A DNA stretch of 64,000 bases from Narcine bancroftii (GCF_036971445.1 NC_091479.1:75516001-75580000); one strand, 5' to 3'. Numbered from the stretch's first letter, positions 22,942-37,694 are shown. Notes: generated by a model not told the origin, from the letters alone. Program-made: numbers and translations.

Positions 22942-25639
22942 GTAATTCTGTTGCTTTTGTTGCTCCCAGGACAAGTGGGAAGGGATTGCATCTAAGTGTA
23001 GAATCAGAATTGACAAACACTGCACAGCCATATCCATACAGTGTTACATTGAACTGGCTATTGCACCCAAGGCTGCGCTGCATTCCACTATATTAGTTTT
23101 CCTCTGAGGTGACATGTTAAGTTAATAGGGATCAAGTTCTGTTCCAAAATGTTCATTTGATTTTGTCCACTGCATGTTTTGATCAGTGCTGGTTGACAAA
23201 TGTTCACACACCTTCAGTAGTTATTTTTCACAAAAAGTTTTCATGTTCTGGTATAGGCAACCATTTTCATTCATACAATGGAAGCATAATTGAGTCTTGT
23301 GGTTTCAATTGATGTCCAAATGGTTACATCCCAGCAGAGGTGACCAAGAGAGGCAATAACCTCTCCCTAGTGAGGGAAATGTGAAAGCCGAATGTTGTAG
23401 CCTCACCATAACACGAACATGAACATTCGGTTGAATCTGTGTTCACTTAATATACATCACAGTTATTAGTGATGGACTCGTATAGTGTTGTATGCAATAT
23501 TTTAAAAAGAGCAAAATAGTTAAGGTGTATATCTTGATAAACTATTTTGATCTGTCTATGGATAACAAATCATTGGATTAAGGGTATGACCTAGATATTA
23601 ATCTGCTTAAATAACACTGAGATTTAACTGTAAATCTCAACAAGGCCACAGAACTTGAGGGTATTTGTTACAAAGACAGCTATATTCAACTTTCCAGGGC
23701 AACTTATTTTGAGATAATCAGTCAAGAAAATTTATAAACCTGATTGGTAAGCTTATCAACTTTCAGTGCCCAGTGCAGTGAGTAAGTTAATTTGTGAAGA
23801 ACGTTACAAGATAGACTCAGTTAATTTTAGTCATCATAGAGTTATACAACCCTGAGTCAAGTCTCTTGGCCTAACTTGTCCATGCCAATTAAATTAGTTC
23901 TATTTGCCTCTAAACGGTTCCTTTCCATGTCTAAAAGTTTCCTCTGGCAGCTCTTAAAGCTTCTATCTTTGCAGAAAATGGTACAAAACTAAAGCAAATT
24001 ACATTTGTATTTGTGTTGTGGTTTCGTGTTAATTCTGCTCCAAATTGATGATATCTTCAGATAACTTTAACCAAATGATTCACTGTTGCACCTTAGAATG
24101 CCCTCTGTGGCACATCTTATAAAGCCTTCCTTTCATGCAGTCATTTGGAACAAACCTTTCCATTTCCCACTGTAAAACTGAGCAATGAAATCAAGGCTTT
24201 TCCATTTCCTATCACAACTGCACTATTTCTTGTACAAAAACAACAATCATATTTTAGCAGCTGAAATGTATGGAGCTCTGGGCAAGAAGTCATCTTCAAT
24301 TGTTCACTCATCCACTGCAGAGATCCCCCTCCATCCAGTCCCCCATTTTCCACCCTCCATCCTTGCACATTCATTGTGTGCCCTTCATTATTCACCAGAT
24401 CAAGGGTTGCAAAGCTGAATTGGACTCAAACATGTTGTGCAATGAAATTGCATTTACTACAGATCAAATAGGGGGGATGTTTTCAGTCCTTCTTTATACC
24501 TGATAGAATTCTGACATCTCGTTTTCATTTTCAGACATGAGGATTGATGAAATTTTGTGTCAAAATGTGGATTTCAGCACTTTGTGTTGCATTGTTGCGG
24601 TGTCATCTGAACGTTCAGTAATTAGATCATTCAGCTTCTCACACCAATTTTGTCATTCATTCAGCTATTGGTTGATCTTTGTTCTATTGCTAAAACATGG
24701 CTCTGTAATTCATAATACCTTTGGGTCGCAAATAGCCATGGCTTTTAGGATTGTAAAGAGATGATTGAGCTAGCAAATGAGGTCCATACTTTAATGTCTT
24801 TACTAATGCTGATTCTAAATGATTTGGTTCAGATTTTAAAATTATGTCCTCTTGTTCTGGCCATCCCGAATGACAGAAAATGCCTCTATTTGTCCTGTCA
24901 AATCTGCTAAGCTTCAATTGAATCCCCACTGACCTTTCATATTTAAGGGAACTGAAGCCTAAGTTTCATAATCTATTTAGATAATCCATTCTTGGAACAC
25001 AGCAGTGTCCTATGCAGAGTGATTTTTAAGTTGCGTTTCCCAGAAATGTCCAAAGTTTTCCAGCTCAGGACTAACTAGAACTTCTTGTAGCAGCTTCAGA
25101 TATTCCAGCTATCCAATTTTACCAATAAACGTTCTTATGGTCATCTTTAATCATGCTTTATACCATTCTACCATGTCAGACATTGGTCAGACATTGTCAG
25201 CCTTTTTGGCTATGGCTCCCTTTGAACTCTGCTCAAAGTTAATGGGCCCCCTTCCTTCTGAAAAGCATTCAAGTTTAGCTGGTTTCTTCCGTACTTCTGC
25301 CCTTCTGACTCAATAAAAAAACGTTTGTTATGCGAGGTGAAAAGAAAGCTATGTTTTTATTCTGAGCATAAACAACTGTGGCTCGTGATTCCAGAACAGA
25401 CAAATAGGAGTTCATTCTTATCAAACATGCAGGAAAGAAAAAAAATATGGCCAAACATATTACAAAAAAATTTCAAAATATTGGCACGCAATGATTTGTA
25501 CACAGTGTGTCACTGGGGAAACTTGAGCATAACTGCAAGGATGCGAAAATTTAATAAAAAGGACAAAAAAGAATTCTTGTTAAATGAAAATTGGGGGGAG
25601 ATTCCTGTGCAAGTTTTTTGATGTCAGGCTCCAAACTGG

Positions 25640-27130
25640 ATAGTGATAGTTGAACATCATCTCTTGTTGTGACATCATGGTCAAGGAAACTACCTTGCTG
25701 AATCCACATTCAGCTTGGTATGTTGAGGGGAAGGCAATGAAAAATATTTCAGCCTTTCCTCAAAGTTTTGGAAATGTATTCGGCAGGTCACTCTTCACCC
25801 AAAAAATATTTCTTAAATTAATTGAATTTGCAGATATAATCACTGAAGATCAATCAACTACTCTTGAATTTTTGCATTACCATCAGTGGGTTGTTCCTCA
25901 AATGGATCTAATATCCAATATGGGATATTGAGGTTTAACAAGTCATTAAATCTTTCCTGCAGATCTGCGTATATTTGCTTTTGTTGTTTCACATAAACAG
26001 TAATGCCGTCCTCTTTCAGTGCCTCTGCATTTGGAAATGGTAAAGATTCCCATGTCAGATATTGCTCCAAAAGACTTTGATCTTTTTAAGGAAAGAAACA
26101 ACGGCTTTCTTATTATCAATGAAGTTATTGTGTACTTACTCTGCAAAGTCTTGTTGAATGAATTGAGTTAGAAAGGAAACAATCATGTGCCAGAGTGCAT
26201 CAAAATGACGGGGATAATTTCCTTTGGACAGCCACCTCACCTCGGTATGCAGCAGCAGGGTCTGAAAATGTCTGTCATTTTCTTCACACAGCTGCCGGAA
26301 TAGATGAGCTTGGAGGGGATGAGATTTTATAAAGTTTAGAGTCTTTATGACAATTAAAAGTGGAGCATTTAAACATTCTCCAAGTTTTTCACCACTCCCT
26401 ATTAATTACACAATGAGCAGTAAAGACTAAAGGTATAACATTTTTGAGATGTGTGATGAACTCTCTGTATCGTCTGACCAATGAAATGGCACTATCAGTT
26501 GCACGGGCAACTGTGTTCTTGAATGGAGCACTTTTCTCCTTTATGTAATTCTTAACTTCTCGGAAAATAGTCAGTCCCTTAGCATCTGTTTTAATCCTTA
26601 CAGTAAACAACATCTCTTCCATTAGCTCATTGTCATTCCAGAATCTGGCATAAGCCATGAGAAGGGCACTGTTCGCTTGCAGAGTAGATTTGTCTAATTG
26701 TAAAGAGAATTTCTTGGGCTGTAATTAAATTACATTGAAAAACAATGTCCCTTGGCATCTCATCATTTCTTCTCAAAACAGTGGAATTACTCAAAGGAAT
26801 TACCTGAATAGTTTCTTTGGCATTTTAAGTTCATGACGTCATATTATTATGGACACTGAAGGCAAAATAAAAGACTCAGGGATGCTATGAGTATTTCCAC
26901 TTGTAGCAATAAATTCACTTGCCTTATATGATGCAAGAACACCCTTTTCTAATTTAAGTGATCTTCAGTAATGATCTCTTTGAGCATTGGCCTTCTCTCA
27001 ACATTATCTTAAAGGGTTTATCTTTCTTTTTGTTGCATATGGTCTTGAAATGTTGTTTTGGCTTTCTTGGTCTCATGCTTTTGTTTGAAAATGCATTCAA
27101 ACACGAGTCATCAGTGGGTGGACCAGCTTC
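25640..27130 (-). mobile_element. hAT (Buster/Charlie-type) transposase fossil
   Basis: Minus-strand motifs in order: NAFSNKSMRP..KQHFKT; LDKST..NSALLMAYARF; ATDSA...AHCVINRE; HTEVRWLSKG (~26250-26221); IAFPSTYQAECGFSKV (~25740-25690). Confidence 0.85.
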
Positions 27131-28261
27131 GTAAATACAGTAGTCAACAATAACTACATACAATGGAGGAAACATATCACTATAATGGGTAAAATTATTT
27201 CTGAAAGTAACAAAAATTAGCTGTTACAAAATGAAAGCACTTCTGACAGGGGTCAGCTCAAAAGTTGGTTTAAATTTTATGGAAAATAATAAATAATGCA
27301 GACAATACTGAAAAGGTAACAGAAGGAGACATGACATTCACTGCCTGTCATGAAAACTTGAAGTAAAATGAGTGTCCTTGTGCTTGCGAGAAATGTGTGT
27401 TATGGATCCTGGACAATTTTATTTTTGAACCAGGGACAGGACTGGACCTACGGCGGGGGAGAAAGGGAGGGGATTGTGCGCTGCTGTGAACGCTGGGAAA
27501 ACTGACAGCTGCGTGGGAAGCGCTGAAGCAGCACTGGGAGAAATGACAGTTAACAGAAGCACGAGAGCCATGCACTGGAAGCCAGTGGGCTCGTGGAGAG
27601 TGTGCCCACTGTTGTCAACCAATTGGGAGAGCTGAAGGCACATGCTAGAGCAGTTGAAGAACCCATCGCACTCAGTTTTGAACAGGTTAGTCAGTTGGTC
27701 AGAAGGCAGTCAGTCAGACGGTCAGTCTGTGTGTGCGTGCTTCACCCGGCAGCTTCAGCAAACAAGAGGCTGAGTTGCTTTATTCACAGGTGCTAGCACT
27801 GCCACCCATATCTGTCTTGTCAGTGTGCTCACCCAGTAGTTTCAGTGGGAGAAAGAAGACTGAGTCAAACACAATCATGTCCAAGCAAGAAATGCTCTGA
27901 AAGCATTGTAAATTTTTTGCATTGATCTAGGTAATTCTAGGCTGTCTCCAAATGACTCCCAAGATCTTGTGTTGCTTGGCAACTATATAGCAAAGCCTAG
28001 CGGCAAAGTCCTTTCCTTTCCGAGCAGATGTTTAATCTGTTCCATTTCCATGCCCCCCTTTTCACCTTGTGTCCCTCCTTATGAAAGATTTCAGTTTGTG
28101 GCTCAATAATTTAAATGCCACCAATGTTTATTCTTGGCAAATTTGAATAAATGTCTTTATTATATTGTTTAAGTCATAAATAATAAAATAAATTGTTAAG
28201 ACCACGTAGACAGAGTCCTGAAAATAACTGCCTTCCATTTGAACTGATCATCTATTCTCCT

Positions 28262-29343
28262 TGTTGCGATGGGATGATATTATATTTTATATTATGTATT
28301 GATATGTCTTTGGAGGAGACAGATTGTGGGGGGGGGGGGTTTAGAGTTTAGGTCATAAACAAACACGAACACTTCACAAAACAGATCTCATTTAAAATGC
28401 AAGAGCTTTGCTCAAACCAGACACTCCGGGCCCAGGGCCTTTGTAGGGACAATGAAAAAGGCTTTGCTAAAGGTTTTCACAAGGAGGTGCAAATAGAAGA
28501 ACCTGAACTCAAGAGACTTCACAAGTAGGTGTTAATTGGACATGATGTGTGGAGTAATGGATTATTGTTTTGAAAGCAACAGATAAACAGACTCAGAAGT
28601 TTGGGTCTGGTGTCACAATCTGTCTGGTTGCAGTTTGCTGCTCTAAGAAGGTCGTGTGGTTTTGCAAGCAAAGAGAAGAGACCAAAAAAATCTTTCTGTA
28701 AGAGAGAGAGAATTCATTTTGAGGTCTGCAGTGGCTTTTGGAAGTGGGTAGCTTGCTTAAATCCTATTTTGAAGATGGGTTGTGAGTTCTGAGTTCAGCC
28801 TGTTGAAAACCCTTGTGGTCCATACAAGAGGAAATGGCTAGCTAGAGTGTTTCACCTGAAATAAACAAAAAGAACTCTGTGGTGACCTGGAAGAAGAGGT
28901 AATCATTTGGAAAACCCTGATGGGACAAATTTCTTTGGCAAGACACTGAAGTGACCGATGGAAGTAAATCAGTTTGTGTGTGTCCAACGAACAACAAATC
29001 TCTCTGAAACCAACAAGAACTTTCCTGAGCGGTTACCATTTCATTTTAAGCACCAGAGTCTGGTGAAAATTCATAAATGTTAAATTCTGCGCACAGTATA
29101 AGAATTGCCTGATACTGGTGAACTTGGAGAAGTGAGATTGGACTGTGAATCAAAGAACTTTTCTGAATTTGTACACATTGCAAACACGTACACTTAGAAT
29201 TAGAAGGGGGTTAAGTTAATAGTAATAAGTTAAAGTTTGATCCTGTTTTTATGTTTAAAGCAAATTAACTTATGTTTAAGTAGCTATTAGTCTTGGTGAA
29301 TTTCTATTGATGCTGGGTTTTGGGGTCCTCTGAGCTCGTAAGA
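28262..29343 (+). mobile_element. Probable solo LTR (~1.08 kb)
   Basis: Termini tgttgcga...tcgtaaga form a degenerate TGTTACGA/TCGTAACA pair. The 3' end tcttggtgaatttctattgatgctgggtt resembles the LTR end next to the PBS at ~56441. No clear TSD. Confidence 0.6.
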
Positions 29344-29582
29344 ATTTTCTCTTTTGTCTTCTGAATGAATCTTCCAATGGGATCAGTAATTTCCTTTTCT
29401 TTGATTCTATGACTTTTTAATCTTAGTAAACTGTTTTTTTGCATGAAACTGATTTTCCAGAAATAATTTAATAAAATATAACCATATATATTTCCTGTTT
29501 GCTTCTTTGGATACTTCAAAAATATCTGTCAGGTATGACAAACACTTTACAAGCCAAAGTTAGCTCTCATCAGTCTGTATTT

Positions 29583-29726
29583 CAAGTCAAGTCAAATTTA
29601 TTGTCATCTGATTGCACAAGTACAACCCGACAAAACAGGATTCTCCGGTCCTCTGTGCAAAACTTGCAGACACACAACCAGACATAACACACTTACAAAC
29701 AATCAATACAAATGCAGGACAAGTGT

Positions 29727-29806
<80 letters not shown>

Positions 29807-30480
29807 TAAATCTTGTTGATTTTGGGGAGTTGGGTGAATGGGAAGGAGACTCCAAGTGATCCTCTCTTCCATTTTTATGGTCCTGTGGATTGACCTCCAA
29901 TTCATTTCTCTGCAGCAACCATACCACAGTATGATGCAGCCGGTCAGGATGCAGGTCCTTTAGAAGATTGACGTGATGGTGGCCATTAGCCTTGCCCGCT
30001 TCAGTCTTTTCAGGAATTGCAGTCGGTTTTGTGCCTTCCTGACAAGTGAGAAGATGATGAGTGTCCACAGTTAAATGAACTCTGCTCTCCACTATTTCCA
30101 CGACAGGGATGTGTGGTGGAGGGTGATCATGCCTGGTCTTCCTGAAGTCCATGATCATCTCCTTTGTCTTGTCCAGGTTGAGACTGATTGTTATTCTCAC
30201 ACCATTTCACGAGATTTTCCACCTCTTCTCTGTAGTGCGTCTCATCGTTGTTGCTGATGAGGCCGACTACACTGTGTCATTTGCAAACTTGTTGATACTG
30301 TTAGAGCTGGAACTGGCCATGCATTCGTGGGTCATGAACCAGAGTGGAGAGCACACAGCCCTGAAGTGTGCCAGTGCTCAACATGTCGGTGCTCGACGTT
30401 CTGCTACCGACCTGGACAAATTAGAGAGTCCAGAATTCAGTTACAAGGAGGCGTGTAGAGTCCCAGTGAGGACTCGATAC
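29583..30480 (-). mobile_element. Rex1/Babar-type LINE 3' fragment
   Basis: LNLDKTKEMIMDFRK; tcaagtcaagtcaaatttatt tail. Confidence 0.85.
29728..29804. repeat. (AC)n microsatellite, about 38 units
   Basis: Uninterrupted AC run inside the LINE 3' UTR. Confidence 0.98.
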
Positions 30481-32809
30481 CCTTCTGTGTTCTAATGTGT
30501 TCAGCCACTACAGATTGACCATTGGGTTTGTAACAACCCACGTTCTTTCTTGGAGTTTATCTTATTTAGCTATTTTTTACACACCCAACACCTCCTTGGT
30601 TCAGGCAAGCTAGGATACCAGCATTGCAAGTTCATTTCACATCTCATAAACAATGATGTGAAAAACAGGCTAATGACAACATTTCTAATCAGCAAGTGCT
30701 TTGGAAATGATGTCTAAAGCCTTTCTAGTTTACTCACATTTTTTTTTAGAAATTAGGTGGAAGCTTTCAGAATGGTAACTTTGGGTCATTATTTTTCTAA
30801 TTGTTTTCTTACTTATGTTGGCTTTAGTGAATTCCTGTTTTTAATTCATTGTCAGTTTTCCTTGTACATTTGTTGTGTTGATGGCCTTAACACGATATCT
30901 GACAACCAACATCAGTGTAACTGGGGCTGTGCCAGACAAGAGATGGCTGAAAACCAAGGAGAAGCTGAAGAACTGCACCACTTATGACATGGTTCAAGTG
31001 TGGCTGTCTTCAGGACACTAATCTTGTTCTTCCACTTGTTTGCAGGAACAGCACTGAAGCCTTTTTGTAACATGTATGAGCCATTTCATAACGTTGATAT
31101 TTTTTGGTCTGACTCATCTAATGCTTGTTCCGCACCCTGGGTAGGCAAATAAGTTTGACAAACAATTTTTGCTCTTTCAGAGCATGTTAGATCTGAGATA
31201 TTTTACATCATAAGTTGCGAGCTCTGCCAATGGTTGAGCATGCCAATAGATATTCATCTAATTGTTGCTTATTTTGGAATCTAATTCCCTACAACTCTGG
31301 CACCACAGCACTTCCACTGCTTGCCTGGTTGAGATCGAATTTTGGATCCAAGCATTGAATTAGCTAATTAAATTGGACAGCAGTTACAGGAATTTCAAAG
31401 CTATCTCTGGAAAATATATTAGACTTTACAATTATTGTGTCAAAGAAGAAACAAATAGAAAGCCCAGTACCCTGGCCTTTGGTCAGTTGGGAAGGAAGAG
31501 AGATTATGCGTTGTGTCTGGCTCTCTCTTCCTAATGGAGAGTGAACATCAGCCTAACTATATAGGAAACTGCAGTTATATTTTAATTTAGTAATTTTTTA
31601 AATTCTTCACTCTTTTTGGATAAAGCAATGTGATAAATAAAGCTTGGGTGTTTCTGCTTGATTGTCTTATCCTTGTAACAGTATATGGTTGGCTTCGATA
31701 ACTGAAACTGTTTTGAATTGTTTCCAGTCAATACAGTCACTTCCGACTTGCCTCTGCCCCACTGCAGCCAAACTCCTCGTGCACATTTATCAGCGAACAC
31801 CTGGTTCAGATTTCTATTATCTCGCCCCAGCAATTGCAGGGCATTCATTATCTGTAGATGTAAAATCTCACACTCTCATCATCCCAGTCAAGCACTTGCT
31901 CCAAAACTCTTCCAGATCTGAAAGAACTTGTTGTGATTTTTGAAGGCTCTCAGTACTACTGATTCACTTCTCTCTTGGGGGGGGGGGGGGGGGGGGTTGC
32001 ATAGCAGTTCCTCCTCATCTCGATCCTAAATATACTTCATCCAAACTGGAGGCAGTGTCCCTCGAGTTCTCATCTCACCTATCAGTGGAAACCACTTTCC
32101 TACCTCTATCATATCTATCCCTTCTGTATGCTGCAATCTTTCCCACCTGTGAGAACTTGATGCGAGATTGAGGGCTTTCAGGCCTAAGAGAATTTTATAC
32201 ATACTGGGAGTTCCCTATATTTGACCTCTACAAGCTGTGCCCATATTTGAAGTTTTACACTCTGCAACATTGCTATATTGTAAGAACAAAAATCACAAAA
32301 CATGTAACTACTATCCAAGGGCTAAAGTTAGAAAGTGGGTTTTCTATTAAGAATGGAATTATTTAGTCATGACCTTGTATTTCCACAGCACAGTTGATCC
32401 ATTCATGTAATCCATGCCAGTCAGCAGCTAGCAGCAGGTCAGTAGTTCAGATACAGGTCACATCATTGCCTCCTCATTTAACTGAATGAAAACCAGTAGA
32501 GTGTGGTTTTAATGGTGTACCATTGCTGCCACATATTGGTAGGTGTGAATTGCTGGGCTAATTGTGCCATTGTACACCATGTACAAAGACAATGGCCTAG
32601 ATCTTGGGAGAGAAATCTAAAGAGGTTCTCAGGTTGTGCTTCTATTAGGCAGTAAAGCAAACATAAATTTCTGGCATTCCAACTGTATGGTTAATTCAAA
32701 GTTCAGGAATTTGCAGTCCTCCAGAAGTTGAACTGAATTGAGATCTCACTGGGTGTTTTTATGGAGGGGCACTGCTTTGAGGCTGGCTCCATTGGCAGAG
32801 CAAAATGTG

Positions 32810-33170
32810 CACTTACCTTTTTACAGAATGGGCCTAAAAGGTGTCACTTTTATGAAGAGTGGTGCCTCATTGCATCTTCCGGAGTTGATGGAGGTGGGGC
32901 GACGGGTGCAGTAGCACCGCCCCTCAATATGACGGCATACATGCGTGGTGAGCAATGGCTGTCTTCATTAACCATAGTCCCTCAAGTTTCTGGAACTGCT
33001 CTGAGAAATGCAGAACAGTTCCACCTGCTGCATGGGGGATTATGGGTAATGAAGACAGCCATTGATCCTTCTGCCCAGCGCTGCCCCTCTGGCCCGCTGA
33101 GGAACTCCGACTTGCAGCACTTCTGTGGTATTACTGCTACGGTGACTGGGCCCTGGGTCATGGGCTGACG
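32810..33170 (+). repeat. Dispersed repeat; relative of 2905-3208
   Basis: acttacctttttac...cctaaaagg...ttatgaagagtgg and ggtgagcaatggctgtcttc are shared with the reverse complement of 2905-3208. Confidence 0.7.
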
Positions 33171-34097
33171 GCATCATCGTGATATTACCAGCCCACCCCC
33201 TAGCCAGCCGCATGCAATGGCAGTACATTCACGGAACAAGATGGAGCAAGGCGGAACACTCTGCTCCGCCTGTGCGAACCAGCCTGAGGAAGGATCGGAT
33301 TTCGGTGTCTTCAAGCCGCATGTGGAGGATTTATGGAGGTAGGTTCAGCAACGTGAGGGCAGCAATTTTTTTCTCTGTAAAAGGGCCTATTGAGAACTTG
33401 GGCGATGAACTGCAGGAAAGTGCAGGTTTGGCTGCAGCGAGTCACTGAACTAGCTGGGAAACATTAGGGCTGGTGCTTTTTTTTTTAAAAACTTAATTGC
33501 TGTCAAACCGCAACTGAATATTAATTATTATACTGTAAAAATCCACTTCACATTTTATATGGTTGTGATTGAAAAACAAGAGATTATTTAATTTTCCTTT
33601 CTATTTCTTTTATTTCCTTTTAATCCAATTGATCCCCTCTCTCCCCCCAATTTTAATAGTTAGATGCCTGAGTTGAGATTCTGTATGACCAATTGAGAGT
33701 TTCTTCATCTGGAAAATGAAGCACATAATTGGGTCACAAGCATTCCAGGTGCCTTGTTCAGAGTGCTATTTTAACTCCCTAATCATCACGTCCAATACAA
33801 AAGCCCATATTGTGGTGGAGAGTTGTTGCTGATCATTCCCCACTCTATCAAAATCCAGGCATTGAATAACTGCTGATTTATTCTGCTTAAACTTGTGGTG
33901 TCGTCATCACTCTTTCAATATGGATGTCATTGGTAGGGCAAACAATAATTTGCAACACTGCATTGTGCAACCTTGTGTTGAAATCTGCAATTTTGCATCA
34001 AAATAACTGAGCTAATGAAAAACATGCCTCTGTTTGGAGACTTGCTTTGGCTCCCAGATGAGCAATGGACTGATTTAAAAAAAAAAAAAAAATCATC

Positions 34098-34335
34098 ACG
34101 GTTGGCATAGTGGTTAGCGCAACACCTTTACAGCGCCAGCATTCGGGACCGGACTGGGGTTTGAATCCCGCACTGCCTGTAAGGAGTTTGTACGTTCCAT
34201 GTGAGCTTTCTTCGGGAGTTCTGGTTTCCTCCCACTTTTCAAAACATAGTTGGGGTGGAGGATAATGGGGTGTGAATTGGACTCTTAGGCTGAAATGGCC
34301 TGTTACCGTGTTGTATGTCTGAATGAAATTTTAAA
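34098..34335 (+). mobile_element. tRNA-derived V-SINE-like element
   Basis: tagtggttagcgcaacacctttacagcgcc...ggtttgaatccc...tgtaaggagtttgtacgtt; same family as 16382. Confidence 0.8.
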
Positions 34336-35179
34336 AACCACATTTCCTCAATTGCCTCCTATGCCTTCCTCATCATCTCTGGAACTGCTTGGAGTTGTAC
34401 AAACACCACACCATCATTGCTGTTCTTCCCTCCCTTCCCCTCTTTCACAAACTATTTTCACTCCTCCAAATGCTGGGTTTAATTTACTCCTCCATTGACA
34501 GCTATTTCTCCAACTCCTGAAGTCCAGGGTTCAGGAATTCCCCACCTCAGCTGTGATCTCTTCATCTCCATTCTTTTAATATCTTCCTGAAACCTATCTC
34601 TTCACCTGCTTTAATACCACAAGGTGAAGTGTTAATTTTTTATTTGTTAACATGTATTAAATATTTGCAGTAGGGCCGAACTGGCCTGTTCTGTCCTGTA
34701 AGTGGTTATATGGTTATAAGATATGAGACCCAAAATTTTGGCTTGAATATGGAATCTTGGAGTTAATATTCCTCAGGAATGTTTCCAATCTCATGCCATA
34801 ATATTTGGCAAAATATTCATGGAAAATCAAGGGAAATGGTAAAACCAGCCACTTTTTTGGACTTTTCTCTGAAGTTACATTAGGATATTGAAGAACCTCC
34901 TGCAAAATTCCACTGTCCACTTTAGATGGTCTCAAATTGGAACCAAATGAATTTATTTGGTAGTAGGAAACTGTCTGAATTTAGCACCATTTGGTTCATT
35001 ACTCCACAGATCCATGGAAGATGTGTGTGTATGTGTGTAATAAAGAAATGCAATATTGGGCTTGGTGTTTGAGAATGCTTCTTTTTGACACCTGACCGAA
35101 AGGGGTTGTTACTGCTCAGTAACTTCTCATGTTCTAGCTCCAAAATTTCTCTGCCTATCCTGGAAATCATCAAATTACC

Positions 35180-36665
35180 TACCCTGAGGAACAGCCACTC
35201 TGCATATCCATGGCTAAGGTGAGGAAAATCCTATACTGGGTGAAACCACACAAAGCAGCAGGTCAAGATAACACAGCTGGTCGGGTGCTGAAGGTCTGTG
35301 CATCCCAACTGACAAAGCTTGTAATGGACCTCTACAACATCGCACTGCAGCAGTCCACTGTCCCTGCAAGTGTCAAGGCAGCCACCATCATCCTGGTGCC
35401 CAAGACAACAGATTAAACGATGACTGCCAGTGGCACTAATGTCTACGGCAATGAAGTTCTGTGAGTGGTTGGTGATGGAATGGATCAAAGCAAATTTTCC
35501 AGTGACATTTCACCTGTTCTAGTTTGCCTCCCGTCCAGACTGGTCCACAGTCTTGACCCTTTACTCCATCCTGACCCACCTGGAGAATGATGCCTTGTAC
35601 ATCAGGCTGTTGTTTATTGACTTCAGCTCAGCATTCAACATGATAATACCTCAGAGGCTGGTGAAGTCCCTCACTGGGACTTAACACCCCTCTCTACAAC
35701 TTCTGGACTTCCTGACTGAAAGAAAACAGTTCGTGCAGGATGACAGCAAAACCTCAATCCCCATCTTGCTGAGCACTGGCACACCCCAGGGCTGTGTGCT
35801 CAGCCCACTACTGTACATGTTGCTAACTCATGACCGCACTGCCAGATTCAGTTCCAACATGATCAAAAAAATCTGCAGATGATACAACAGTAGTTGGCTT
35901 CATCAGCAACAATAATGAACTGCATTACAGCAAAGAGGTTTAAAGGCTCGTAAAATGGTGCGCGCACAATATCCTGAGCCTCAGTGTTGGCAAGACGAAG
36001 GAGATAATTGTGGACTTGAGGAGTATTATGGTTGATCATTTTCCATTATATTATCAACGGTTCTGTTGTAGAGAGAGTGGAAAGCACAAAGTTCCTTGGC
36101 ATCCATATAAGGGAAAACATATCCTAGACCCATAACGCCTCCCCATTAACCAGGAAGGTGCAGCAGCGCCTACACTTGCTGAAGATGGCAAGACTATCGA
36201 CCATCATCTTGGCAATTTTTTACAGGAGCACAGTTGAAGCTGTCCTGTGTGGCTGCATTATTGTGTAGTGTGGTAGCTGCAAAGCATCAGACCAGAGGAT
36301 TGATAGACCAGAGGATATTAAAACACCCAAGAGTCTCTCTTTCCTCCATAGATATACTGGGAGCGTGTCTGAATAGGGTTCAAGGAATTATAGAAGACCC
36401 TTTCTATCCAGTGTACAGTATCTTCATCCCACTATCATCGAGAAGAAGATGCAAGAACATCAAAATCAGGACTGCCAGTCTGGGAAATGGCTTCTTCCTA
36501 CAGGCTGCGAGTATCCTGTAACCATGAAAATCATCCAAAATATTTATTTTGATTATTTATGTAATCAGTAGGTTCTGCGTACTGTGTGGTTTTTGTGGGC
36601 TCACCGTGGTCTGAAGAGATGCTGTTTTGTCGGGTTGTATATGTACAATCAGAAGATAATGAACT
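35180..36665 (+). mobile_element. Rex1/Babar-type LINE, RT region
   Basis: KPHKAAGQDN..GRVLKVCASQL; [10 protein letters not shown]; STGTPQGCVLSPLLY; ADDTTVVG. Confidence 0.9.
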
Positions 36666-37451
36666 TACAAAACCCACTTGATTTAAATGTATAGAATGAA
36701 TAAACTTGGGAATGAATGGAAGGTTCTAATTCTGTTCAGATTCATAATGAGAATGACCTTTGGGACTTCTCAGTGTCAATGTTCCTGGCCTTGTATTCTG
36801 TCTTCTATGGATGATTGAGATTGGCATTTGAATTTTCAAGTTTTATTTCCCTCAAAGAATGCCATGCTGACGTATGATGAGAAAACTCTAGAAACACTCA
36901 GCAGATCAGGCAGCATCTACAGAAAGGGAAACCAAGTTAGCGTTTCGGGTCCAAGATCCTTCATTTGACCTGCCGTGTGCCTCTCGCATTTTCAATTGTT
37001 GTTTTAGATTTCCTGCATCTGCAGTTTTTTTTTGGTTTTCAATGTCATTTTATATTTGGCTAGAAATTTTGCTGAGGAATATAATTGTATAAATTAGAAA
37101 TACATGATGTTTAAAAGTACTCTACAATGCTAATGGAACATTAGTTAGCGATGCTAAAATACCATAACTATGGGAATGCAGTTGTTTAAGATGCATTCTT
37201 TATCTCTTCCATATCTGTTTAAAGCCATCTCGATTTGTATTTCTCTCAGTGCTTGCAGTTTCCTGATTGAAAAGCATGACATTAATTGGAATTGAAAATA
37301 ACATTATCAGCTTGTATATAGCGCAATAACAACCACAGTCCAGAGTGGTTTCAATAAACTGGTGGAATTAGTATGTCACTCACTCAGTAGAACAACAATA
37401 TATAACAATATGTACGAAGTCTTGGTATGGTGCCCACTCAGTGCAGTAATA

Positions 37452-37694
37452 ATCTTGGCGCCTCACAGTTCGGCGGGCAGCAACCTCCTTTGAAGAAGAC
37501 CGCAGAGCCCACCTCACTGACAAAAGACAAAAGAGGAAAAACCCAACACCCAACCCCAACGAACCAATCTTCCCCTGCAACCGCTGCAATCGTGTCTGCC
37601 TGTCCCGCGTCGGACTTGTCAGCCACAAACGAGCCTGCAGCTGACATTACCCCTCCATAAATCTTCGTCCGCGAAGCCCAGCCAAAGAAGAAGA
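37452..37694 (+). mobile_element. RTE LINE 3' fragment
   Basis: Near-identical to the 3' ends of the other RTE copies; gaagaagaa tail. Confidence 0.9.

Noticed and set aside
22678-22995. BICD2 rather than BICD1, or a standalone 105-aa ORF
   Set aside because: Residues [16 protein letters not shown] and [40 protein letters not shown] fit recalled BICD1 better. The ORF ends are intronic read-through beyond the splice sites.
29587-30200. ORFs with poly-(CV) tracts
   Set aside because: Translation of the (AC)n microsatellite within a LINE relic.
31976-31996. Poly-G run as a regulatory G-quadruplex (also C/G runs near 310, 18070, 28330)
   Set aside because: Simple homopolymers beside TE relics, with lengths prone to sequencing error and no supporting context.
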